A DNA stretch of 64,000 nt from Antedon mediterranea (lineage: Eukaryota; Animalia; Echinodermata), in NCBI RefSeq assembly GCF_964355755.1, contig NC_092678.1, positions 24,507,365-24,571,364 of the forward strand. The letters are read 5' to 3'. The notes below the pieces were generated by a model that saw only the letters and a program-made list of their open reading frames with translations, had not been told where the DNA came from and did no database searches. The position numbers and the translations under genes are program-made. Position 1 is the stretch's first letter; each line of letters opens with the position of its first letter. This document shows positions 1 through 12,474 of this stretch, in pieces.

Positions 1-2646
1 AGTTACGCCTTTTTACCCCTTTTTTATGTAAATAACAAATTAATGTTGATGTTGAAACATTTGTGAAGTATCTTCTGATTGATTTATAACGCATTGTATA
101 AATTATAATGGGACGTTTTGACTGGCCGACGCATGTATGTGCGCGTAAACGCGTTACTAGGCACTGTGCGTGACAGACGAGGTCGGACTATTTCTTTAAC
201 AACAAAGGGTTAAAAGTTCTTTATGGTCCTAGAAAAATGTAATCAGCCGAAAGATTGGAAAAATAGATTATACAAGGCAAAGTATTTATATAATAACAAA
301 AGCTTTGAAATCAATCCCGGCTTTAAGCCTTTAGCCAAACCCCCGGACAATCTGTTTATTTTTAAATAAAAAGAAAAGAAAATAACATTTATTTGTCGTT
401 TGTAACAAAATCTGGAAATGAATTATTGAATATGTAGACTTGGACTGTATGAGTTGGTTGCATGTCAACCTTGACTACTTTAACAATACATTTTGTTCTC
501 AGGTCTTTATACGACCAACGGCCTATGCTACACTGATTATTATTATTAATCTAGCAACAAATATGTTAATCACTGGTATATTTGTACTATAACAAGATCC
601 CGAAGCGCTTAAATATTAATAAAAGAATACCATCAAACGCTATCAATTAGTTATTGTCGACGACAGCATTGATTCTAATTCATTAAAGGTTAAACGTATA
701 CCACTCGATCGAACACAGGTATCGCCGAATTGTTATATAGTGCGAGTAAAGACAGGTGATTTTAAAAAGTACTCAAATAAGCAAATATTTGATGACATTT
801 TTGGCATATTTCTATGCATTCAGACTGTTAAACCAACAAACCTTAACGAACGAGCACGCTATGAACAAGATGAATAAGGTAAAAGTAAGTTTAAAATTGG
901 CGGTAGAAAATAATATTAACGTAAAAACGTTGATAATCAACGTGTGCCAGTTTTGTCGGGGTGGGGTGAGGTGGGAGGGAGGGGGGATCAATTGATCGTG
1001 TCTCTTCAGAACCCGGATGCCACTTTCGATCTTTGAAACTACTTCACGAACGATACTTGCACGCGCATTTGAATACAAATATTGACAGTTATCAATGTTT
1101 AAAACCACACTGTGTGGTATTACGTCATTTATAGAATGTAGGGCGTATATTCAACGTTTACAATCAAACCTTCTTGTGTATGTCCGTTGAACACCTTTGC
1201 TTCCGGAATATATTTGGTTAATTCGTTAAATTTGATTCTATAATTGATCGATTGAGATCGCTTCTTCAGATCTTGTAGATGTTCAGCGCGGATCAATCAT
1301 CAAATTGTCCGCGTCTTCGTCCAATAGATGGCTACCTTATTATAGAATAATGAAAATGAATTTGTTCATCTGGGAATTTAGTGTCAAATGAACTTATTTA
1401 CCACCTTTGCCAAGTTGAAAAATCAATTATGTAATATTTAGAAGACAAAATAACTTTAACCTATTTGCAATGTTGGGATAACAAGTTTATTTTTTTACAT
1501 ATTTTTTAAGAATAGGGAAATGAACCCATAAAATACAAAGTTTAGAATTCGTTTTGTTAATATAATATTGATAGACAAAAGCAAATTGTATGAACCGAAA
1601 ATTATATGAAACAGATAAAAGCACGCGCGCGTACGCAATCGTGTTATCCTTCACGCACTTTCACCCTTTAAGTAGGCGAATGCGTGGGAAGAACGTATTG
1701 GTAATCTTAGATTACGTAAAAGATACCGCGAGTGATTTTAAATTCTTTGCCGTGAAGTATATTGATTAACAATCAGCTTAAACAATCACTTCAGGAAACA
1801 TGATCGGTTATCGATTGAATGATACGTATTGATATTGACCAATATGCCCACGTGTTTACCAATTGTTGAATTCTTGGCGTATCGATTCGGAAAATTCGAA
1901 AAAAGAAACAAATATAAAGCGATAAGATATCGTAAACAAGTGAATATGAACGTTATAAAGTCACGCGATCATTGCAATTTATGATATCAATAACAACACG
2001 CGCTAATTATAATTAGTATCTACAACGTAATACCACTCTATAATTACACCTTAATAACAATTATGATTCAAGTAGTAGTATTTAACCGTTTCATTCATTC
2101 ATCCGTTTTATAGTAGAGCAGTTAAGGCCATAAAAATAGCCAAGTTGTGCACTTTATTACCAAAGCATGAAACTTGCCACAAAGTTTCTTTGATGTATAT
2201 AGATTCAAAATATCGGGGGGTGCCAAGTGTCCAACGTCCGGTATGGCGGCCATCTTGATTTCAAAATAGGCCACCATAAAAACAAAAAGTGTTCATATCT
2301 TGGCAACTATAAACAGTAGAGACTTGATTCTGGTGTTAAAATGTTTAAAAACCACATATTTCTATTTGCTCTAATGAAAAGTTTAGTCAAAAAATGACGT
2401 TTCTTCCAGTTTGACCTTTGACCTCTTATCTGTATATCTCAGTAACTACTGATCATTTTCAATCGATTTTGGTGTCATTTTGTTCAGAATAGAGACATTT
2501 ATATTTGTAGTAATGAAACATTTTCACATAAAATGACTGGAAATGACAGATCACTGAGAAACAGCAATCACTGAGCTCATCTATGCCGACTTGTTTGCTA
2601 AACTGTGATGTATCAATCGTTATATAAAAGTTTTGGTCCTCTCTCC

Positions 2647-2715
2647 TTCATCTTTTCTTTTTTTTTGTAATGTATTATACCATATGGACAATTGTCTGAA
2701 ATAAAAGTTGAATTG
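2647..2715 (+). mobile_element. 5'-truncated LINE/SINE 3' tail inserted in the Academ element
   Basis: TGTATTATACCATATGGACAATTGTCTGAAATAAAAGTTGAATT recurs at ~49491-49534; AATAAA is followed by a TTGAA-type tail. Confidence 0.5.
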
Positions 2716-2719
2716 TTAG

Positions 2720-3140
2720 ATGCCATTTGGAAATATTTTGGTGTAAAGTAGCATTCTTTCGTTGGCCTCTTTGATGTTGCATATGAGACAAGTTCGGAAA
2801 GTTCTCATTTTCATGAGTTAAGAGAACACCGTCTTTCAAAGTACTTACTACAGTAGACCTACTTTCATTAGTCAGAAACTCAGATAATTCTTGGTCATTT
2901 TCGTTGCATCTAAACAAATGTACTAAATTTTTATGGTAATGAGCCTTTGCTGTAAACCATATGAATCCTTTTCCTCGATTTTCTCTAGTCATTGATTTTT
3001 TAGCAAAATCCGAACCAAATAAATTCGTAAAAGACATCTCAATATAATTATTCAAGTAATCCTCAAATTAGTGACATGGACCTACAATATACTGTTCTGT
3101 ACAAGACCTTTTTAGGCATCCACCTGTGGACTTTCACTTT
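2720..3140 (-). pseudogene. Frameshifted relic of Academ transposase C-terminal (XPG/PIN-like) region
   Basis: ORF 2675-3055 contains KSMTRENRGKG...FRCNENDQELSEFL, and a shifted frame gives CNIKEANERMLLY. These resemble the Academ motifs TRxKRGKG, FLRxDENKxELFxFL and CNHEEADTRMLLH (recognised from memory). Confidence 0.6.
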
Positions 3141-3205
3141 GAAGGTCTTGGTCTCCTAATCATACAAGAAACAATGTCTGATTTAATCAATCAAAGTAGT
3201 GGGTC

Positions 3206-4408
3206 CAGACCATCCACAGACAAAGAAGGGGGTATAAGACCACCCACAGACAAAGAAGGGGGTATAAGACCACTTACAGACAAAGAAGGGGGTATAAGAC
3301 CATCCACAGACAAAGAAGGGGGTGTAAGACCATCCACAGACCAAGAAGGGGGCATAGGACCCTCAACAGACAAAGAAGGGGATGTAGGACCCTCCACAGA
3401 CAAAGAAGGGGTGTAAGACCATCCACAGACAAAGAAGGGGGTGTAAGACCATCCACACACAAAGAAGGGGGTATAAGACCATCCACAGACCAAGAAGGGG
3501 GCGTAGGACCCTCCACAGACAAAGAAGGGGGTGTAAGACCATCCACTGATAAAGAAGGGGGTATAGGACCACTTACAGACAAAGAAGGGGGTATAAGACC
3601 ATCCACAGACAAAGAAGGGGGTGTAAGACCATCCACAGACCAAGAAGGGGGCATAGGACCCTCAACAGACAAAGAAGGGGATGTAGGACCATCCACAGAC
3701 AAAGAATGGGGTATAAGACCATTCACAGACAAAGAAGGGGTATAAGACCATCGACAGAGAAAGAAGGGGTGTAAGACCATCCACAGACAAAGAAGGGGTG
3801 TAAGACCATCCACACACAAAGAAAAAGGTGTAAGACCATCCACACACAAAAAAAGGGGTGTAATACCATCCACAGACAAAGAAAAGGGTGTAATACCATC
3901 AACAGACAAAGAAAGGGGTGTGATACCATCAACAGACAAAGCAAAGGGTGTAATACCATCAACAGGCACAGAAGGGGGTATAATACCGTCCACAGACAAA
4001 GAAAGGGGTGTAAGACCATCCACAGACAAAGAAGGGGGTGTAGGACCGTCCACGGACAAAGAAGGGGGTGTAAGACCATCCACTGACAAAGAAAGGGTAT
4101 AGGACCACTTACAGACAAAGAAGGGGGTATAAGACCATCCACAGACAAAGAAGGGGGTGTATGACCATCCACAGACAAAGAAGGAAGTGTAGGACCATTC
4201 ACAGACAAAGAAAGGGGTGTAAGACCATCCACACATAAAGAAAGGGGTGTAATACCATCAACACGCACAGAAGGGGGTGTAAGACCATCCACAGACAAAG
4301 AAGGGGGTATAAGACCATCCACAGACAAAGAATGGGGTATAAGACCATCCACATACAAAGAATGGGGTATAAGACCATCTACAGACAAAGAAGGAGGGGT
4401 AGGACCAT
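3206..4408. repeat. ~30-bp minisatellite (GACCATCCACAGACAAAGAAGGGGGTATAA), ~40 copies
   Basis: Direct tandem repetition with 29/30-bp variants. It explains all the repetitive ORFs at 3126-4470. Confidence 0.95.
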
Positions 4409-5447
4409 ATTAACCGAGGAAGCATACAAAAAGAAGATACAATCAAAATACCACTTGGAAAACAATACATTGTAGAATAACTGAGGCTTGATTGTTGAAA
4501 TATAAAGGGTTCTTTGTAAGGTCATTAATAATATATTGATATAAACACGATCATCATAGTTTTCATTTGACATTCAAATACAGTCTATCTCGAAAAGAAG
4601 CTCATACTATCACCTTTTCGAGATTTTACGGTATTCCATAACATGTATGTTATTTCCTCTGTCAAACTATTAAAACTTTTAGCGAATCAGAAGGTGCCAA
4701 CATCATTGAACTAATGGTACCACCAAGCACAATGTTTACCAATTCTATGTACTATATACAATTTAAGTCCATTAATCATTTAATATAATTACGCCTATCA
4801 GGTCAAAGTTCAAAGACCAACAAAAACCACATACAGTATATTCACCTAATTAAAAATCAATAAATAAATGTCAAAGGTCATAAATTGTATTTCCGGTCAT
4901 TTTATGTGAAAATGTTTCATTACTACAAATATAAATGTTTTTATTCTGAACAAAATGACACCAAAATCGATTGAAAAAGACCAGTAGTTACAGAGATATA
5001 CAAATACGAGGTCAAAGGTCAAACTGAAAGAAACGTCATTTCCGGTCATTTTTGGACGAAAATTTTCATTAGAGCAAATACAAATATATAGTTTGTGAAC
5101 AATTTGAGACCATAATTAAGTCTCTAATGTGTGTAGTTGCCAAGATATGAACATTTTTTGTTTTTATGGTGGCCATTTTGAAATCAAGATGGCCGCCATA
5201 CCGGACGTTGGACACTTGGCACCCCCCGATATTTTGAATCTATATACATTAAAGAAACTTTGTGCCAAGTTTCATGCTTTGGTAATAAAATGCACAGCTC
5301 ATGTCATTAACTGCTCTACTATTAAGCTTATTCAATAATGTTATGATGCCTCAACCCTCATAGTTTGCCTGTTTGCTGTAGTTTTTATACTCTTAGTTGT
5401 TTATTACTTTGTACACAAAATTGAAATGTATAAATTAAAACAAATGA

Positions 5448-5574
5448 ACGTACGCGCAACGCAAGCGAGTTGACCAATCACAAGCGACAGTTCGAATAAT
5501 CAATCGCTTGTCATTGGATAACTCCTTCGCGTTTTGGTTACGTCCTTTCATTGCGTCCAGTGGGAACCAAGCCT
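5448..5574. mobile_element. MITE family A (Harbinger-like palindromic element), partial copy
   Basis: CGCAACGCAAGCGAGTTGACCAATCACAAGCGA...AGTGGGAACCAAGC, shared with many copies in the window. Confidence 0.75.
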
Positions 5575-8317
5575 TAGGAATTGATTATTTGATTTTGGCG
5601 CTGTTTTTGTTTTTTGTTACCATGTGAACAGCATTCCTTAACTTCACTTTTACTCTCTGGGTGACAAGAGGCAAACGATTCGATTTGTTTAACCTTTCAC
5701 CTGCGGTTGTCATGTTTGCGTATTTTACAAATGTACAAATAAATGATCACAAAGAGTAGCTTAATTATAAATAAAAACATGTTCGTATTAATTTCATACA
5801 AACAAATTCGCGGTCATGGTCAGTGAAAGTATTTTTTTAAAATTTCCCTAGATGTTATTTTTGTCGAATTTTGGTATTGTAACGTAACGTATTATATTTA
5901 TATTAAACTAATATTACTTTATATAATTATTTGTACGTGTATTTGGAAATAATATTTTAGTTGCAAACAAATATATACTTTATTTAGTTTGGGCTATGAA
6001 TCGCCTTTTATTTTATAGAAGGGTATGGTGAATGCGGCACACTCCTACATAGCCACGCGTTGATGACGTAAACGCGTGTAAATGTCGTCATACGCGCACC
6101 TGCAGCAGTTCTTTTACAGAAGCCGCTTGTTGCGCATGTACAGTTTTAGGCCTACAGCATATCGTGCTCTTAACAGATGAATGTTCAATATGTGACGTAG
6201 TGATGTTACGTCACTATGGTAACAACTTAGTTTGATACATTTTGTGCGATACAAAATGACAGATCAACACGCGCCGATATTATGACGTCATCAGATTGCC
6301 TGGTTTTTCAATGAATCTGAGTTCAGCAGGTATGGCACGTATACATGACATGACAAACATCTTTTACAAGACAATCACTAACAAGAACAAATCGAACAAG
6401 TAAATTAATGTTTTATCAACATTAAAATTGATGACGTCAACATATGTGTGTTAATTGTAGTGATGAGACAAAGTTAACATCACAGTTTGTATTTGGTTGC
6501 GTATAATTGAGTAATACGACATAATAATTGTTTTGTTTGGTAAACTTGGCCTCAATAATTGTGTTCAAGTCTATCCATAACTAATTGTTGACATTAATCC
6601 ATCGTTGTTTTCCGTATTATCCGCGCGTTACGTCACTAAATTATCCCGTTTTTTTTTAATAACAAACCTGGATAGACGGAAAGGATTCTAACGTGTGACA
6701 ATTTAATGCCGCTGTTTGTATTCAACAAGAAAATTCACACAGAAACGATGAATAACACGCTTTAAGTAGAGATACCAATCTTGATGTTCAAACAATCTAC
6801 GAAAAACAGTTTAAAACTCATTAAAGAGTATTCAACCATTATCAATAGGATTTATTGAAGTGGCCCTTTAAGACGAATGGTTTATATTACCGCACAAAAT
6901 TTGAATTTGCGCGTTCAATCGATGATATTGTGCACATTTTGTACGCGCGCGTGAAATTTGTGTCTCCAACGATTCAGTTGTGCTGCTAATTCACTTACAT
7001 TTTTAAAAATCAGTTAATAAAAAGGAAAGGGAGTTGAAATAAGAAACAGTTTTTTAAATTTGAAATTACGTTATAAACTGTGTGGTTGACAATTAAATTA
7101 TCGAAGTGAGTATAGTTAAGAATCAGTAATGGTAAAAGATATGCGGTTTTGAAACTTCTATGTAGCAGTACAAATGGCGGCTACGCGCGTGTCAAAGTTG
7201 GCGCCGTTACATCATCACATGACATAAGAGAGATAATTTTGTCACGCAAGAATCTATCTTGAGGTCAGCAAGACCTGAACACAGAAACGACAAAAGCGGC
7301 AATCACTAAACTGGTCACCGTGGACAAAATACTAAGACAAGTAAAATTTAAAAACTAATGGGCACACAAACGGGCCTCATTACGCATTTGTATATGAATT
7401 ATACGCCCTACTTTAGGTCTTTAGAACAATTAAAATATTTAAAACGTAATATTCTAATTAATCTTGTACTGTAGAGATAAACCAACCAATGAGCTGGTAT
7501 TTTCCTAGGCCTACTCTCTGGCATTTTAGCTGCATCCCATCCCTCGTCCTGCAGTGGCGAGTGACCGGCAATAGACGTCACTTCCTTGTCTGTATAATAT
7601 GGCAAAGTTGCCGATTGATTAAGACAATTTGCACTGTAAACAGAGTCAGCCAAAAACTTTCACATCCACCACTCTCTCACGCAATGTCTGCAGCCTCTAA
7701 GACTTGTGTGTGAAGGAGAAATGATGCCTAGATAGAAGGATCGATAATAAAGACAATTATTCGACAAAATAAGATAAAATAAGTAATATTACGGATTGTA
7801 TCTTATAAGATAAAAAATATATCATAGACCCTTACCCTATTTTATTCAATATATGGCATTTATCTATTAAAGTACCGTAGTATATAGTATCCAATATAAT
7901 CTTATAGAAAAACAGTAGGTACCATAGGCCTATTGTATTATCAAGTAGTCCTTGTGTACTGAAGCACATTTAGAATACCGTGCTCTTCAAAATATGTTGT
8001 GCTAAAAAACATGTTATAATCAATAGATTCAAAATTCAACGATAATTCGAAAACTTAAAAATGTGTGAAAATTTAAAAAAGAAATCGTTTTGTAACTGGT
8101 AACAAAATAAAATAATGAAATAAATGAAACATATATATCATTTTTATTTTGTTGAATCACGTATAAATGTTAGATGCCGTTAGCAATTGTGCTAAGGTCA
8201 ATAAGGTCAGTAGGATCAAACCGATTAAAACAAATTATTTTGCAGCTAATTGGAAATGAAAAACCAGATAGAAAAAGTTATTCGTTGAACACTATGTTGA
8301 CGGGTATTTCATGCACC

Positions 8318-8515
8318 GCTTCATATGTAGGCCTATATATCAATGAAAGGGCTAAGGGCTCCATATGTAGGCCTATATATCAATGAAAGGGCTAAGGGCT
8401 TCATATGTAGGCCTATATATCAATGAAAGGGCTAAGGGCTTCATATGTAGGCCTATATATCAATGAAAGGGCTAAGGGCTCCATATGTAGGCCTATATCA
8501 ATGACAGGGCAAGGG
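8318..8515. repeat. 40-bp tandem repeat, ~5 copies
   Basis: CAATGAAAGG recurs at 8341, 8381, 8421 and 8461. Confidence 0.95.
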
Positions 8516-10964
8516 TATTCAATGAGCCTATTCCAATGCACTCACTCACACTTGAATTTATTAACGATATTATCAATTCAAGTAAACGTATTAGCCAGTG
8601 GCAATAATAATAATAATATAAGAACCGTATGATTGGTGTTGAATGGTGCCAATTATTGCACGTTTAAGTTTCTAGAAATACTATAAAGTGCACTTTCCAC
8701 GAAAACACATTTTAATGAAGATAATAAGTAGTGGTGCCGGGAGGGGCAGGAACGAGACTGGTGATTGGTGCTTTATCTTGTAATATTAATACCAGAATAT
8801 GAAATTAGCCAATTAGTAACTGTGTTTGATTGTAACTTTTGGAAAAGGTTAAAGCAAGGATGTATTTGTGTTTGAATTTTTCTTCAAAAGATTCCACAGT
8901 TACATATTATTAGTACTGAGAGTTGTGATGGAATTGGTCCACTTGCACCTCCGTTGGTTTAATAAGCGCCTACGTTACGTAGTGTTTTATTAAGTATAGG
9001 CCTAATAACAGGGAAATCTCATTTGTGTACACCATCCCCTATTCCACAATAAGAACGGTACATTTTTCAAATTCCCCCTTGTGTTAAATCACACTGTATT
9101 TTAACTGATTGTTGTCGTTTGAACTATAATAAAGTATTGTCGTCGTCGTTTTTCCATTTGTTTATGCATTTCGCTATTTTATTCATAATACTTCGTCATG
9201 CATGTATACTTCCGATATAAAAAGAGAAATAATAAAAATAGGGAAAATAAAAGTCATAAAAACAAGTTTACATTTAAATAGAAACACCTTTATTGTCTCA
9301 GTCGATCAATCAGCCATAAATAATTCTATTTCACTTTTTTCACAAATATATATATTTACATTATAATAATGATAATTTTTCTCTTAATACTTTTAACTCA
9401 AAATACTGCAGAAACTTATAAGAATATACTATCTTTAAAGTAAGTCAAAACTAACGCGGCGGTGGCGACATATTGAGAATTTGACGACAATAGCATTTTC
9501 ATTCATTACCACAATGCTTTCTACATACCATGGGCGTATTGTCTTTATTGTACGTTGTTCAAGGTAGAGTACGTTTTTAGGGGAAGTATGTAGTGTGACC
9601 TCTCGATTAACTCCAATCCGTATTCTGATGAAAAGAGGTAGATCAAAGTATTTATACCTTTAAAAGCAACCTATAGTTGAACATGACAATCGTACATTAT
9701 GTAAAAATGTCAATATTAAACCACCATTGATTTAACTCAAGTTTTCCATTGAATTTCAATGTGTTTGTTACTATACTATTCCCCAACTATTTACTGTATT
9801 CATTGTATGCCCGTATTCTTGTATTGCCTTACACATTTACATTTCTTTATCATAAATATTCTGGCCTAAACGAAAAGTAGAAAGCAACATTTGTTTTAGT
9901 AAATTTCTTTTTTTACTCCCCGACAAAATCAAGTTTGGGTCGACGCCAAACCATTGAACTTGCTTTCTTCCTTATGAACCAAACTTATTTATTTTTGCAG
10001 AAAACAGGAATAAATTACGTGTTGCGTGCCTAGGACAAAAAAATAATAAGGTAACCATACGTACACTACGCGTAATTACGCTAAAATGTACGTACACTAA
10101 GTATAGTTGTGTTGTAGTGTACGTACACTTACGTAATTTTACGTAACGTTTTAAAATGTGCGTATTTTAAGATAATACTTTTCCAAGACTTTTGCTTCTT
10201 AAATATGCCCTTAATGAGTTGCTCAGTAACAATATTCCACATCCACGTTAATTCAACGTTAAATAATTCACACACTTTAACTTTTCAACCCCATTAAATT
10301 CACATATATCAACCTATGACAGCTAGTCACTTGTGGCTAAATGCCACAAACTTTTCAATGAATTTAACAGTAATGTTTGATATCGAAATGTTGTAGAACA
10401 TACGTGCGATGTAATATTAAAATCAAAGATGTTTAAGCACGGTTACAATAAGGCTTTATGGTCAATCATAAGATAAGTTAACTCTTAAAAACCTACACAC
10501 CCAGTATGAGACAATCACATGGCCCAACATTCACTCTTACACTGTAAGTACACTTTTTCGGTAAACGTGTTATGGGTGTCCGATTTTTATAGAGTTGAAT
10601 GAAAATAGTTTAAATACATTTTTAAAAAATGTCTTATTTTAGATAAAAGTTAGAAACCATCTGTAAAGTTGAAAACCATGATCACTTGTATGCATTTAAT
10701 CTTTTCCTCTAATCCATGACCTCACGTGTTTGTCTTTCTTTTAAATATTCTAAGCCTCAAGTTGTTTTCACGATTGTTTTTATTGTATTTCCAAACGCAC
10801 CTTGTTTACTTCCAGATCGTTCTCTATCGTAATTCCCAGCAGTCTATTTAGCGCATGTTCACTTTGGTTAAACAAACTCGTCCTTTCTCCTATGTTCTTT
10901 GGTATTTGTTAAGCGCTATTTTCATCATTACACTTCTATAACTAAATTGTTTACTTAGTTTCCT

Positions 10965-12272
10965 TCACGTTGCTCGTGGTTTTTGATAAGATACATAGTT
11001 TGAGCTATCGTAACTAAAACTAGAATCCTTAGGACAGCTATCAGGTAGTTTATCATAGTCTGATGTTCTATAGTCAACAGCGATCATAGAACAAATGTTG
11101 ATGAGTTTCGCTGCTGTTATCACACTAATCTCATCCATACCAGTGTTAATAATTTTATTAGAAACTACTCCAATAATTCGCGTTCCATACCTCCTTGTAT
11201 TTAGTATGACTGCAGATCCTGAACTGCCTACTTCAGAATTACAGTCAACATTAAGTTCGTCGCCATTTCTTTTAAAATCGGTTAGTTCTACTCGGCAAGT
11301 TTTTTCTTTTTGATTAAATCGGCCACTACTAAGAGGATACCATGAGTAGGATAGCGTATCCGCTATAGATGCTCTTTTGTGGTTCTCAAGACCAAACGGA
11401 AGAAACTGCCGCTGTCTCGTCACTTTTTCTAACTTTATTATTGCGTAATCATAACTTTTGTGACGTTTCCTTTCTGATGGTGAGCTGTGACGTAACCATA
11501 AGTATGGAACGCGGATTGTTGAGATCTGCATTATTTTGAATCCGTGAACGTACGGGAGTAAGACTCTCATTGCATTGCAGTTAGGTAGAAAGTGCGACTG
11601 ATTGTGAACGCAGTGAGCTGCAGTTAACACGTGCATGTTATCAAGCAGGATCCCCGTACAACCGGATCTCTGACTCGATGTCACTCGCACAACATTTTTG
11701 TAAGGAAATCTTAACATCATTGACCTGTTTAAAGGTGTCTCAAAATTGTTTCTTCTGTGTCCAACCGATTTAGTTGGTATAATATGCTTTCTCCTTCCGT
11801 TTCTCCTTCCACCTTTACCCTGCCTCCTTCGACCACCTCTTTTCTCATCTGGAGATGGTAACACATTTGCGTCAATTCCTTCCAAATCAACTAGATCTAC
11901 ACTATTACGTTTTGTACGCACATTTGTGCTATCTTCTTCTTCCGATGAATATTCTGTAATGATATCTTGTAGCCAGTCAAGGTCCTGATTCATAAATTCT
12001 TCATCGTTATTACTTTCAATCTTGCGTAATAAATCCTCAATGGCGTCATATTTGTGCAATAAATCGTGCGTTTCTTCAACTTTTGAAAGAAATGCATTCG
12101 AGTCCATTTCCAAAATTGTATCTTTTGTAACTTTGGTTGAAGAAGCAGCTGCAGAATCGGCTGCAGCAGCAGCAGCAATGTCTCTTAAAGCAGGAACTCC
12201 CTGACAAAAGTACGGAACGTGTACTAGTACATGTAGTAACACAGCCAGAATGTGCAGAGTATTGGAATGCAT
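10965..12272 (-). CDS. Secreted serine protease, PRSS23/PRSS35-like (paralog 1), intronless CDS, 435 aa from first ATG
   Basis: Signal peptide MHSNTLHILAVLLHVLVHVPYFCQG; acidic propeptide; furin site RTKR; catalytic motifs GCTGILL..HVLTAAHC (His), YDYAIIKL (Asp) and CNSEVGSSGSAV (Ser), resembling PRSS23 YDYALLEL and CDAQPGASGSGV. The ORF-track start at 12296 is a non-ATG codon. Confidence 0.9.
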   Translation of the reverse strand: MHSNTLHILAVLLHVLVHVPYFCQGVPALRDIAAAAAADSAAASSTKVTKDTILEMDSNAFLSKVEETHDLLHKYDAIEDLLRKIESNNDEEFMNQDLDWLQDIITEYSSEEEDSTNVRTKRNSVDLVDLEGIDANVLPSPDEKRGGRRRQGKGGRRNGRRKHIIPTKSVGHRRNNFETPLNRSMMLRFPYKNVVRVTSSQRSGCTGILLDNMHVLTAAHCVHNQSHFLPNCNAMRVLLPYVHGFKIMQISTIRVPYLWLRHSSPSERKRHKSYDYAIIKLEKVTRQRQFLPFGLENHKRASIADTLSYSWYPLSSGRFNQKEKTCRVELTDFKRNGDELNVDCNSEVGSSGSAVILNTRRYGTRIIGVVSNKIINTGMDEISVITAAKLINICSMIAVDYRTSDYDKLPDSCPKDSSFSYDSSNYVSYQKPRAT

Positions 12273-12466
12273 TCTGTTGTCTGCTATGATTTCCAAACGT
12301 CAAAATCAGAAATGTTCTTATCTCAGTTAAAATGTTTCGCTTTAATAACTGGTATAATTGAGGTACTGTGTTTAGGCACTGAACTCGTCGTCTTTGTGGT
12401 TACGGTAACGGTTCGTCGACGGTGTTCAGTTCACTCGGTTCTGAAACATCTCAGTGAGTGTGTTCT

Positions 12467-12474
12467 GTTTTATA
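12467..12474 (-). promoter_or_regulatory. Candidate TATA box of protease paralog 1
   Basis: Minus strand CTATAAAA about 200 bp upstream of the ATG, with Inr-like TTCAGA about 30 bp downstream. Confidence 0.4.

Larger units (their letters stand above)
2111..5321. mobile_element. Academ-like DNA transposon, non-autonomous/decayed, ~430-bp terminal inverted repeats
   Basis: 2111-~2543 is the reverse complement of ~4890-5321. Termini are TAGTAGAGCAGTTAA...TTAACTGCTCTACTA, with TTA on both flanks (2108-2110, 5322-5324) as a 3-bp TSD. TAG..CTA ends, long TIRs and 3-4 bp TSDs fit the Academ superfamily; an internal transposase relic supports this. Confidence 0.75.

Noticed and set aside
3126-4470. 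Long repetitive ORFs (RPSTDKEGG / SLSVDGL / FFVCGWSYT repeats)
   Set aside because: These are translations of a 30-bp minisatellite open in several frames on both strands, with frequent 1-bp unit deletions. There is no splice or domain evidence.
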